From contig JBBIPN010000020.1 of assembly GCA_037442825.1 (NCBI GenBank), positions 1 to 19,172 on the forward strand: a stretch of 19,172 nucleotides of DNA, in the 5' to 3' direction. Within the stretch, counting starts at the first letter, position 1. Each line of letters begins with the position of its first letter. The stretch comes from Sulfurihydrogenibium sp. (GTDB taxonomy: Bacteria > Aquificota > Aquificia > Aquificales > Hydrogenothermaceae). A program made the translations under genes and the position numbers. This document shows, in pieces, positions 9,174 to 17,068 of the stretch. The notes below the pieces were generated by a model, which was not told where the DNA came from, made no database searches, and was given only the letters and a program-made list of their open reading frames with translations.

Positions 9174-10412
9174 TTGAAGATAGACCTTCCAAAAGGGGTA
9201 AGAGTATACGATAAGGAAGAAAGTTATTTAATAGATTGGATAGAAAAATGTATACAAGAAAGTTTTGAAAGTTGGGGTTATGAAAAGATAATAACCCCTT
9301 TATTAGAGTATTATGAAGCATACAGTGATGTTTTAGATGAAGATATACTAAAAAATACTTTTAGACTTGTTGATAGATATGAAGGGGAGACCTTAATATT
9401 AAGACCCGACTTTACTGTAAGTATTGCAAGATATATAGCTTCTTTACAAAAAAAAGAATTTCCAATAAGATTTTACTATTTAGGTGATATATTTAGATTT
9501 GTAGTTCCAAAAGGTGATAAAATTTATGAAAAAAGGCAAGCAGGTATTGAGTTAATTGGTGTAGATCAGATAGAAGCAGATGCAGAAGTTATAGCTGTTG
9601 CGACATATTCATTAAAAAAACTTGGTATTGAAAATTTTCAGATAGATATAAACAATGTAAAACTTTTTAAATCTATTGTAAATTTATTAAAACTATCTTC
9701 ACAAGAATCAAATACACTTCTTTATTATCTAAAGAATAGAGAGACATATAACATAAAACGATTTTTAGAAAATTATAATATTGATAAAAAGATAAAAGAT
9801 TTTATAGTCAGTCTTCCAAAATTAAGTTTGAGACCACAAGGATTAGAAGAACTTATAAGCAAATACAAAGATATAGAATTTATTTATAAACCTTTAGAAG
9901 AGCTTTATAGAATTTACAGAATCTTAGATGAGTACGAACTTGGAAATCAGATAGTAATAGATTTATGTGAACCTCGTGAGTTTAACTATTATACTGGAAT
10001 AGTTTTTGAGATATTTATAAAAGATTTTTCAAAAATAGTTGGCTATGGTGGAAGGTATGATACTTTATTAAGTAAATATAACGGTGATTATCCAGCAACA
10101 GGTTTTGCATTTGATACACTGGCAGTTTTTGAGTATATTTTGAATACTAAACCAATAAAACATGAAAAAGATTACTACATAATCGATACAACAGAAGATA
10201 AAACATTAGCATATAAAATAGCAAAGATTTTAAGGGATAAAGGATTTAAAGTAACCAGAGATATAGTAAAAAGGGATGTTGATAAATCTTTAGAGTTTGC
10301 TTTTAAAAATGGCTATAAATATGCTATTTTAATAAAAGTTGAAAATTCTGAAAAAAAGATATATATTTTTAATTCAAATTATGAAGAAGTAAAACAAGAG
10401 ATTTTTAAATAA
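9174..10412 (+). CDS. hisZ: ATP phosphoribosyltransferase regulatory subunit HisZ
   Basis: HisRS-like fold with LPKGV, LRPDFT (not the RPEGT of HisS), QAGIELIG, YYTGIVFE and GGRYD; TTG start with AAGGAG. Confidence 0.88.
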   Translation: MKIDLPKGVRVYDKEESYLIDWIEKCIQESFESWGYEKIITPLLEYYEAYSDVLDEDILKNTFRLVDRYEGETLILRPDFTVSIARYIASLQKKEFPIRFYYLGDIFRFVVPKGDKIYEKRQAGIELIGVDQIEADAEVIAVATYSLKKLGIENFQIDINNVKLFKSIVNLLKLSSQESNTLLYYLKNRETYNIKRFLENYNIDKKIKDFIVSLPKLSLRPQGLEELISKYKDIEFIYKPLEELYRIYRILDEYELGNQIVIDLCEPREFNYYTGIVFEIFIKDFSKIVGYGGRYDTLLSKYNGDYPATGFAFDTLAVFEYILNTKPIKHEKDYYIIDTTEDKTLAYKIAKILRDKGFKVTRDIVKRDVDKSLEFAFKNGYKYAILIKVENSEKKIYIFNSNYEEVKQEIFK

Positions 10413-10452
10413 AGACTAAAATCAAAAAAAGTCTCTATTTGAAAGTCCCTTA

Positions 10453-10470
10453 TAGTACCAGTAGGTACTA
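10453..10470. promoter_or_regulatory. Perfect 7-4-7 inverted repeat upstream of slyD (putative operator)
   Basis: TAGTACC-agta-GGTACTA, overlapping a -10-like TATAGT (10451-10456). Confidence 0.5.
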
Positions 10471-10493
10471 AATAATTTTTAGGAGTTTTAAAT

Positions 10494-10970
10494 ATGGAAG
10501 TAGGTGATAGAAAAGTAGTTTCTTTTGAGTACACATTGAAAGACAAAGAAACAGGAGAAGTTATTGATAAAAGTGCAGGCCAACCTTTAACATTTTTAAC
10601 AGGTGTTGGAGAAATAATCTCAGGTCTTGAGAGTAGAATGTATGGTATGAAGCAAGGAGAAAGGAAAACTATCGAAGTTCCGGCAGAAGAAGCTTATGGT
10701 TTATCTGATCCAAATTTGGTTCAAAAATTACCAATACAGTATTTTGAAGGTATAAACTTAGAGGTTGGTTTACCTTTACAAGCTCAAACCCCAGAAGGTC
10801 AAATTATAAATATGGTAGTTGTAGATTTTAATGAAAATGCTGTTACTGTAGATTTAAATCATCCATTAGCTGGAAAAGATTTAATTTTTGAAGTTGAAGT
10901 TGTAAATATTAGAGAAGCAACACCTGATGAAATTTTACATGGACATGCTCATTTTGGAGGACATCATTAA
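10494..10970 (+). CDS. slyD: FKBP-type peptidyl-prolyl isomerase SlyD
   Basis: VSFEYTL, PEEAYG-like PAEEAYG, VDLNHPLAGKDL and REAT motifs; short His-rich tail HGHAHFGGHH. Confidence 0.93.
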   Translation: MEVGDRKVVSFEYTLKDKETGEVIDKSAGQPLTFLTGVGEIISGLESRMYGMKQGERKTIEVPAEEAYGLSDPNLVQKLPIQYFEGINLEVGLPLQAQTPEGQIINMVVVDFNENAVTVDLNHPLAGKDLIFEVEVVNIREATPDEILHGHAHFGGHH

Positions 10971-10980
10971 TTAAAAATAT

Positions 10981-11010
10981 CCCCATCTATTGTGATGGGG
11001 CTTCTTTTTT
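10981..11010. terminator. Probably bidirectional terminator between the convergent slyD and Fur-family genes
   Basis: CCCCATC-tattgt-GATGGGG followed by cttctttttt; A-rich on the left side. Confidence 0.75.
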
Positions 11011-11430
11011 AACACATTCTTCACATATACCAAATATCTCTAACCTATGGTATACAGGTTTGAAATTGTACTTTTCGCAAATGCTATTTTGTAATTTTTC
11101 TATCTCATCATCATGAAATTCTATAATTTTCCCACAGTTTAAACATAGCAAATGATCGTGGTGTTCTTTGTTTGCAAATTCGTAGTATGTTTTATTATTT
11201 AGTTTTATAACTTCTACAATATATCCTAAATCTTTAAGTATGTTTAATGTTCTATAGATTGTAGCTCTTGAAGCGTCTATATTTTTCTTTTTAATCTTAT
11301 AAACTAAATCTTCTACTTCAAAATGACCTTTTGATTTTAAAATCTCTTCAATAATATTTAACCTTTGATTAGTTATCTTAATTCTTTTTTTCTTTAACTT
11401 GTCTATTATCTCCTTCTTTATAGTTTTCAT
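10987..11430 (-). CDS. Fur-family metalloregulator (Fur/PerR/Zur)
   Basis: TNQR, SRATIYRTL, HHDHLLCLNCG and FGICEEC (two CxxC motifs). Confidence 0.93.
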   Translation of the reverse strand: MKTIKKEIIDKLKKKRIKITNQRLNIIEEILKSKGHFEVEDLVYKIKKKNIDASRATIYRTLNILKDLGYIVEVIKLNNKTYYEFANKEHHDHLLCLNCGKIIEFHDDEIEKLQNSICEKYNFKPVYHRLEIFGICEECVKKEAPSQ

Positions 11431-11432
11431 AA

Positions 11433-12047
11433 CTACTTTTTCCTTAAATCAGGTCTCACAAGATTAAATATATTATCTTCTGATATTTTACAGTAATCTG
11501 CACCACCTAGCCTTCCTACTACCTGTAGTTTTTTACTGTCAACATAACCTTTCTCATTAATTAATCTATCCTCTATATGATACTTTAAAATCTCACCAAA
11601 AATTAACCCCATATCTGCAATTTCTATTATCATAAATTTTTTACACTCTATATTTATTGGAGATTCTTTTATTCGTGGAGATTTAATATAATCAGATTTT
11701 ATAGGGGTTAAATTGGCTTCTATAAACTCATTAATCTTTTCATCGTATGGATAAGATGTTATGTTCATCTTTTCAACTAAATCATAGGTGACAATATTTA
11801 CTACAAAATCACCAGTCTCCTCTATATTTTTCCAGGTATCTTTTTTATTTTCGTTATCCTTTTTACCTATAGAGATGGCAATTAAAGGGGGACTTGAAGA
11901 TATACCCATATAAAAACTAAAAGGTGCTATATTGTATACACCATCTTTAGATACAGTAGATATCCATGCTATAGGTCTTGGGACAATAGTACTTATCATT
12001 AATTTATAGATATCTTTTTCATCTAAATTTTTTACATCTAAATCCAT
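11433..12047 (-). CDS. Flavin reductase-like FMN-binding protein (DIM6/NTAB family)
   Basis: PRPIAWIST, NIAPFSF, KDTWKNI, PRIKESP and GRLGG motifs. Confidence 0.9.
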   Translation of the reverse strand: MDLDVKNLDEKDIYKLMISTIVPRPIAWISTVSKDGVYNIAPFSFYMGISSSPPLIAISIGKKDNENKKDTWKNIEETGDFVVNIVTYDLVEKMNITSYPYDEKINEFIEANLTPIKSDYIKSPRIKESPINIECKKFMIIEIADMGLIFGEILKYHIEDRLINEKGYVDSKKLQVVGRLGGADYCKISEDNIFNLVRPDLRKK

Positions 12048-12716
12048 TTAAACACCTATTTCTCTTGGATTTTTTATATAATAAGTATCAATATATTCTA
12101 CAATTTCGTCAATATCGTCAAGCAGTTTAAATATTTTTAAATCTTCTTTATCTAAAAAACCATGATTGATGGCATTATCTTTTAACCAGTTTATGAGTCC
12201 TTCCCAATAATCTTTTTCATATAAAATGACAGGAAAAGGTTTTAATTTTTTAGTTTGGATTAAAGTTAAAGTTTCAAAAAATTCATCTAAAGTACCAAAT
12301 CCACCGGGGAAAAGTACAAAGGCAGTTGCATATTTTACAAGCATAACTTTTCTTGCGAAAAAGTAGTTAAAATTTAGTACTTCTGTTAAATATTTATTTG
12401 GTTTTTGTTCTTTTGGAAGTTTTATATTAAGTCCTATAGAGTTTCCTTCTGCTTCAAAAGCTCCTCTATTGGCTGCTTCCATTATTCCTGGACCACCTCC
12501 AGTGACAATTGAAAATCCTTTCTTAGCCAACTTATATGCAAGTTCTCTTGCTGTTTCGTAATATTTATCTCCTTCTTTAACCCTTGCAGAACCAAATATA
12601 GTTATAGATGGTATATAGTTTGGCATAACTTCAAATCCATCGATAAAATCACCGATAATTTTAAATAATCTCCAAGATTCCTCTTTTTTCAACTCATTGA
12701 TAATATAGCTATTCAT
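12048..12716 (-). CDS. LOG family nucleotide phosphoribohydrolase (TIGR00730 Rossmann-fold protein)
   Basis: FGSAR, TGGGPGIMEAANRGA, FFARKVML and PGGFGTLDE motifs. Confidence 0.93.
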   Translation of the reverse strand: MNSYIINELKKEESWRLFKIIGDFIDGFEVMPNYIPSITIFGSARVKEGDKYYETARELAYKLAKKGFSIVTGGGPGIMEAANRGAFEAEGNSIGLNIKLPKEQKPNKYLTEVLNFNYFFARKVMLVKYATAFVLFPGGFGTLDEFFETLTLIQTKKLKPFPVILYEKDYWEGLINWLKDNAINHGFLDKEDLKIFKLLDDIDEIVEYIDTYYIKNPREIGV

Positions 12717-12743
12717 ATATCCTCCTATTTCTTTTTTTGAAAA

Positions 12744-12763
12744 ATTATAAATTATGTTATAAT
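12744..12763. promoter_or_regulatory. Divergent -10 elements for the LOG operon (-) and rpsP (+)
   Basis: Plus strand TGtTATAAT (12755-12763); minus strand TATAAT (12749-12744). Confidence 0.55.
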
Positions 12764-12797
12764 ATTTTTCTAAAATTTTGATAAGGAGGTACTATTT

Positions 12798-13034
12798 TTG
12801 GTTAAAATAAGACTTTCAAGAGCAGGAAGAAAAAAACATCCAGTCTATAGAATGATAGTAGTAGATAGCAAAAAACCAAGAGAGACAAAGGCTATTGAGT
12901 ATATAGGTACTTATGACCCTATACTTAAAACAGGAAATATAAATGTTGAGAAAGCTAAAGAGTGGTTAAGTAAAGGAGCACAACCTACAGAGAGGGCTAT
13001 AAAAATTCTAAAAGCTTTTGGATTAAATAACTAA
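12798..13034 (+). CDS. rpsP: 30S ribosomal protein S16
   Basis: [18 protein letters not shown]...IGTYDP...[12 protein letters not shown] start with TAAGGAGGT. Confidence 0.98.
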   Translation: MVKIRLSRAGRKKHPVYRMIVVDSKKPRETKAIEYIGTYDPILKTGNINVEKAKEWLSKGAQPTERAIKILKAFGLNN

Positions 13035-13048
13035 AAGGAGGACTGCAG

Positions 13049-13288
13049 ATGAGCAAGCTTACTCAGATTGTAGAACAAATGGCTAAGGCTATTGTTGACT
13101 ATCCAGAAAAAGTGGAAGTGAAAGAGATTGAAGGTGAAAAAATAACTGTTGTCGAATTAAAAGTAGCTCCAGAAGACCTTGGAAAAGTTATAGGTAAACA
13201 AGGAAGAACTGCAAGAGCTATGAGAACAATTTTAGCATCTGTTGCAAGAAAAGAAAATAAAAAAGCAGTTTTAGAAATATTAGAATAA
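13049..13288 (+). CDS. khpA: KH-domain RNA-binding protein KhpA (YlqC)
   Basis: [17 protein letters not shown]; conserved position after rpsP. Confidence 0.95.
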   Translation: MSKLTQIVEQMAKAIVDYPEKVEVKEIEGEKITVVELKVAPEDLGKVIGKQGRTARAMRTILASVARKENKKAVLEILE

Positions 13289-13296
13289 TTAAAATT

Positions 13297-13317
13297 AAGG
13301 GAGGTCACTCCTCCCTT
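13297..13317. terminator. Hairpin terminator between the convergent khpA and tsaE
   Basis: AAGGGAGG-tcact-CCTCCCTT flanked by AT-rich tracts. Confidence 0.75.
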
Positions 13318-13721
13318 TAAAAATTTATATCTAATCCTTTTATCTCAAATATCCGTGAATCATATTCATCAACGTTAATTTTTATATCTACCATATTTTC
13401 TAAATTATCATTTAAATTTTTAGGCCATTCTATTATTATTAAACCTTTACCTAATAAATCTGATATATCAAAATCTTCTACCCTATACATATCTATATGG
13501 TAAATATCAAATTTAGGTGTTTCATAATGATTCATTATTGTAAAAGTTGGAGAAGTAACATCTTCCATTACACCAAGATTTTTTAAAAGATATTTTGTAA
13601 AAGTTGTTTTTCCTGCCCCAAGGTCACCTTTTAATAAAATTATCTCATTACCTTTTAATTTCTCAGAAATAGCTTTTGTAAAGCTATCTAAACTCTTTAA
13701 ATTGTCGATTTTGTATATCAT
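13317..13721 (-). CDS. tsaE: tRNA threonylcarbamoyladenosine biosynthesis ATPase TsaE
   Basis: GDLGAGKT, TSPTF, YHIDMYR and IIEW motifs. Confidence 0.95.
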   Translation of the reverse strand: MIYKIDNLKSLDSFTKAISEKLKGNEIILLKGDLGAGKTTFTKYLLKNLGVMEDVTSPTFTIMNHYETPKFDIYHIDMYRVEDFDISDLLGKGLIIIEWPKNLNDNLENMVDIKINVDEYDSRIFEIKGLDINF

Positions 13722-13743
13722 AAATACCCCACGAAAATAATTA

Positions 13744-13782
13744 TTGTAAGAAACTATAAAAAAGTCTATAATTATTTTAGCA
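13744..13782. promoter_or_regulatory. Overlapping divergent promoters for dapA (+) and tsaE (-)
   Basis: Plus strand TTGTAA-17bp-TATAAT (13744-13772); minus strand TGcTAAAAT (13782-13774). Confidence 0.6.
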
Positions 13783-13803
13783 TTTTATAAATAGGAGGCA
13801 GTT

Positions 13804-14685
13804 ATGTTTATTGGTTCTGTTGTTGCACTTATTACGCCTTTTAAAGATGGTAGCCTTGATAGAAAAACTTTAAAGAGATTAATAGAGTTCCATATAGAAA
13901 ATGAAACTAATGCTATTGTAGTAGCAGGTACTACTGGAGAATCACCTACATTAACATATGAAGAACATGAATTATTGATAGAGCTTGCCGTAGAATATGC
14001 AAGTAAAAGGATTCCTATTATAGCAGGAACAGGAGCAAACTCTACCCATGAAGCAATAACACTTACAAAATTTGCTGAAAAAGTAGGTGCAGATGCTTCT
14101 CTTCAAGTAGTTCCTTATTATAACAAACCAACACAGGAAGGAATATATCAACACTTTAAAGCAATAGCAGAAGAAACAAATATTCCTCTTATCTTATACA
14201 ATATTCCATCTAGAACTGGCGTAGATATGTTACCTGAGACATTTGCAAGACTATATTCAGATTTTCCAAATGTTATAGGTATTAAAGAAGCTACTGGAAA
14301 CGTTGCAAGAGTTTCTGAAACAATATCTCTAACGAATGAAGATGTTTTGATACTATCTGGAGATGATGCATTAACACTTCCTATGATGGCAGTTGGTGCA
14401 AAAGGTGTAATATCTGTAGCTAACAACTTAATCCCAAGACAGATATCTCAAATGTGTAAGTTAGCCCTTGAAGGAAACTTTACAGAAGCTAAAAAAATTC
14501 ACAATCAGTACTGGGACTTATTTAAAGTTTTATTTATAGAAACAAATCCTATACCTGTTAAAATAGCAGCTTATTTGATGGGGTTAATAGAATCTAATGA
14601 ACTTAGACTTCCTCTTTACTACATGTCTAAATCTAACGAAGAAAAATTAAAAGAAGTTTTAAGAAAACACAGCCTAATTTCTTAA
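13804..14685 (+). CDS. dapA: 4-hydroxy-tetrahydrodipicolinate synthase
   Basis: ALITPF, GTTGES, PYYNKP, LYNIPSRTG, GIKEA, SGDD and ETNPIPVK motifs. Confidence 0.98.
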   Translation: MFIGSVVALITPFKDGSLDRKTLKRLIEFHIENETNAIVVAGTTGESPTLTYEEHELLIELAVEYASKRIPIIAGTGANSTHEAITLTKFAEKVGADASLQVVPYYNKPTQEGIYQHFKAIAEETNIPLILYNIPSRTGVDMLPETFARLYSDFPNVIGIKEATGNVARVSETISLTNEDVLILSGDDALTLPMMAVGAKGVISVANNLIPRQISQMCKLALEGNFTEAKKIHNQYWDLFKVLFIETNPIPVKIAAYLMGLIESNELRLPLYYMSKSNEEKLKEVLRKHSLIS

Positions 14686-14742
14686 TTTTGCAAAAAAGAA
14701 AATGGATTATTTAAAAAAATAAAGAAATAGCTGATAAAGTTT

Positions 14743-14759
14743 TTGGTATAATTTTTGCT
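14743..14759 (+). promoter_or_regulatory. Sigma54-like -24/-12 motif containing a sigma70 extended -10
   Basis: TTGGTATAATTTTTGCT: GG(14745-46)-N10-GC(14757-58), and also TGgTATAAT (14744-14752). Confidence 0.55.
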
Positions 14760-14789
14760 TAATTTTTTGAAAAACTTTTTGGAGTGTAA

Positions 14790-15602
14790 ATGAAAGTAGC
14801 TATTGTTGGCGTTGGAAATATGGGAAGTAAGTATGTTAATAAATTCAATGAACTACAGTTAGACTATGTTTTAATAGATTCAGATATTCAAAAACTTAAT
14901 CAGTATCCTGAAGGTATCAAAAAGTTTACCAATATAAACCAAGCTATTGATGAAGGCTTAGATGCAGTATTTATAGCTACATCTCCTCAGTCACATGTAC
15001 CATTAGCTAAGGTATTTTTAAATGAAGGAATAAATGTTATGGTTGAGAAACCACCATCATTAAGCAGAAAAGATTTTGAAGAAGCTTTAGATTTGGCTTA
15101 TAAAAAAAATGTGTTCTTTTCTGTTTCTGAGATAGAGTTAAAATCAAGCTCTGTCAGAAATTTGAATGTTGATGGTGATGTTGAGAATGTAAGAGGTTAT
15201 AGATTAAATTTAGGAAAAGGCTACATCAATCCATTTTTTGACTTAGCATGGCATGACCTTTATATATTTAGTTATCTTTTTGGAGACTTTAGATTAAAAA
15301 ATATAGAAATTGTTTCAAATATTGCAAAAGTTGAAACTATTGGAGAAAAAACAGATTTTATCTTAGAAGTTGCTTGGCTTCATCCTTATGTTAAAAGAGA
15401 ATGGAATTTAGAAACATCAGAAGGTGATATAATTTTAAATTTTGTAGAGGATAAGATAATATATCCTTTTGGTAAAGTAGTGGAGAAAGACAACCAAGAT
15501 AAACTAAGATTGATGATAAAAGAGTTTTTAGAAAATCCATCTTATGAAAGTTCATTAAGATCTTTAAATATTTTAAAAGAGATAGAAAACTTTAAGTTAT
15601 AA
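14790..15602 (+). CDS. Gfo/Idh/MocA NAD-dependent oxidoreductase (GnnA-like sugar 3-dehydrogenase)
   Basis: VGVGNMG, VEKPP and DLAWHD motifs. Confidence 0.85.
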   Translation: MKVAIVGVGNMGSKYVNKFNELQLDYVLIDSDIQKLNQYPEGIKKFTNINQAIDEGLDAVFIATSPQSHVPLAKVFLNEGINVMVEKPPSLSRKDFEEALDLAYKKNVFFSVSEIELKSSSVRNLNVDGDVENVRGYRLNLGKGYINPFFDLAWHDLYIFSYLFGDFRLKNIEIVSNIAKVETIGEKTDFILEVAWLHPYVKREWNLETSEGDIILNFVEDKIIYPFGKVVEKDNQDKLRLMIKEFLENPSYESSLRSLNILKEIENFKL

Positions 15603-15612
15603 AGGAGACATA

Positions 15613-16668
15613 ATGATCCCAATCATTAAGCCATTTTTTGGAAGAGAGGAAGAAGAAACTGTTTTAAGTATTATGAAAAGTGGTCAAATAACAAGAGGTC
15701 AATGGACACTAAAATTTAGAGAGGAGTTTAAAAATTATATTGGAGTAAATTTTTGTCATACTGTTTGTAGTGGGACAGCAGCATTGTATATAGCACTTAA
15801 AGCAATAGAGATATCTAAAAAGGAAGATATTGTTATAGTTCCTTCCCTTAGTTTTATGGCAACTATTGATGCGGTTATAATGGCAGGTGGTACACCAGTA
15901 GTTGTAGATATTGATGAAAGTTATACTATGGATCCAAAATGGTTGGAAATAGCAATAGAAAAATATAATCCAAAAGCTGTCATTCCTGTTCATCTTTTTG
16001 GTCAAACAGCTAATATGGATGCAATAGGTAAAATATGTAAGGAAAATGGTATACTTATTTTAGAAGATGCTGCCCAAGCCCATGGAGCTGAGTTTAAAGG
16101 AAAGAAAGCAGGAGGCTTAGGAGATATCTCTGCATTTAGTTTTTATGCATCTAAAAATGTGGCTATGGGTGAAGGTGGAGCTATATTAACAAACAATCCA
16201 GAAATTGATGAAAAAATAACAAACTGGATAGAGTTTGGTAATCATCCAGCTTTAAATCTACGAATAACAGAGTTTCAAGCTGGCATAGGTTATTGGCAAC
16301 TTAAAAGGTTAGATGAAACAAATGAAAAAAGAAGAAGAATAGCAAATCTGTACAATGAAGAGTTTAAAAATTTACCAGGTTTATTGTTGCCGCAAGAACT
16401 CCCAGATAGAAAACATGTATTTCATATATATGCTTTAAGACATCCTATGAGAAATAAAATAGTAGAAAAACTTATAGAGAATGGAATAGGAGCAAGAGTT
16501 TACTATGATTACACATTACATCAATTAAGAAATGCTGAACATCTAAATTGTGAATTTGGTGAAATATGTACAAAAGAACTTTTTGCAGTACCAATACACC
16601 CTTCTTTAACAGATAAAGAAGTTGAATATATTATAGATACTGTTAAAAAGGTTGTTAAAGAAGTTTAG
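15613..16668 (+). CDS. DegT/DnrJ/EryC1/StrS PLP aminotransferase (GnnB-like)
   Basis: SGTAAL, PVHLFGQ, EDAAQAHG, and PLP lysine in SFYASKN..GEGG. Confidence 0.92.
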   Translation: MIPIIKPFFGREEEETVLSIMKSGQITRGQWTLKFREEFKNYIGVNFCHTVCSGTAALYIALKAIEISKKEDIVIVPSLSFMATIDAVIMAGGTPVVVDIDESYTMDPKWLEIAIEKYNPKAVIPVHLFGQTANMDAIGKICKENGILILEDAAQAHGAEFKGKKAGGLGDISAFSFYASKNVAMGEGGAILTNNPEIDEKITNWIEFGNHPALNLRITEFQAGIGYWQLKRLDETNEKRRRIANLYNEEFKNLPGLLLPQELPDRKHVFHIYALRHPMRNKIVEKLIENGIGARVYYDYTLHQLRNAEHLNCEFGEICTKELFAVPIHPSLTDKEVEYIIDTVKKVVKEV

Positions 16669-16680
16669 GAAGTTTTTGCC

Positions 16681-17049
16681 ATGAAAAAGCTAATTTTATT
16701 AGGAATGTTCTTATCTCTAACTTCCTGTGTTGTATATACAAAACCAGGTGCTGTTGTTGTTAATACACCAAATAAAGTTATAGTTCATCCAAGAGTTATT
16801 TTTATACCAGAATATGATATTTACATTGTAGATTCTCCAGATATAGAGGTTTATAAGTATAAAGGAAGATGGTATTGGTTTTATGAAGGTAGATGGTACA
16901 TTGCTGAAAAATGGGAAGGTCCTTGGGTAATACTAAAAGGTCCACCACCATTTAAGATTCCACCAGGTCAAATTAGAAAGGTGTATATTCACGAAAGGAA
17001 TATGGAAAAAAAGGAATGGAGAGAAGAACATAACCATCGTAGAGATTAA
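16681..17049 (+). CDS. Hypothetical lipoprotein, Trp/Tyr-rich with a PPGQ motif
   Basis: Signal peptide II with lipobox LTS-C16; fills the operon gap; AGGA upstream. Confidence 0.8.
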   Translation: MKKLILLGMFLSLTSCVVYTKPGAVVVNTPNKVIVHPRVIFIPEYDIYIVDSPDIEVYKYKGRWYWFYEGRWYIAEKWEGPWVILKGPPPFKIPPGQIRKVYIHERNMEKKEWREEHNHRRD

Positions 17050-17068
17050 AAAAATAGAGAGGTAGAAA

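Noticed and set aside
9085..9321. 78-aa minus-strand ORF
   Set aside because: Antisense to pspA and hisZ; no recognisable motif.
9174..10412. Histidyl-tRNA synthetase call
   Set aside because: It has RPDFT rather than RPEGT and lacks a clear ERPQxGR motif, so it fits HisZ.
13099..13308. 69-aa minus-strand ORF
   Set aside because: Antisense to khpA; the start lies within the terminator hairpin.
13972..14426. Two minus-strand ORFs (60 and 92 aa), one Cys-rich
   Set aside because: Both are antisense shadows inside dapA.
15709..16005. 98-aa Cys/Tyr-rich minus-strand ORF
   Set aside because: Antisense shadow inside the DegT aminotransferase.
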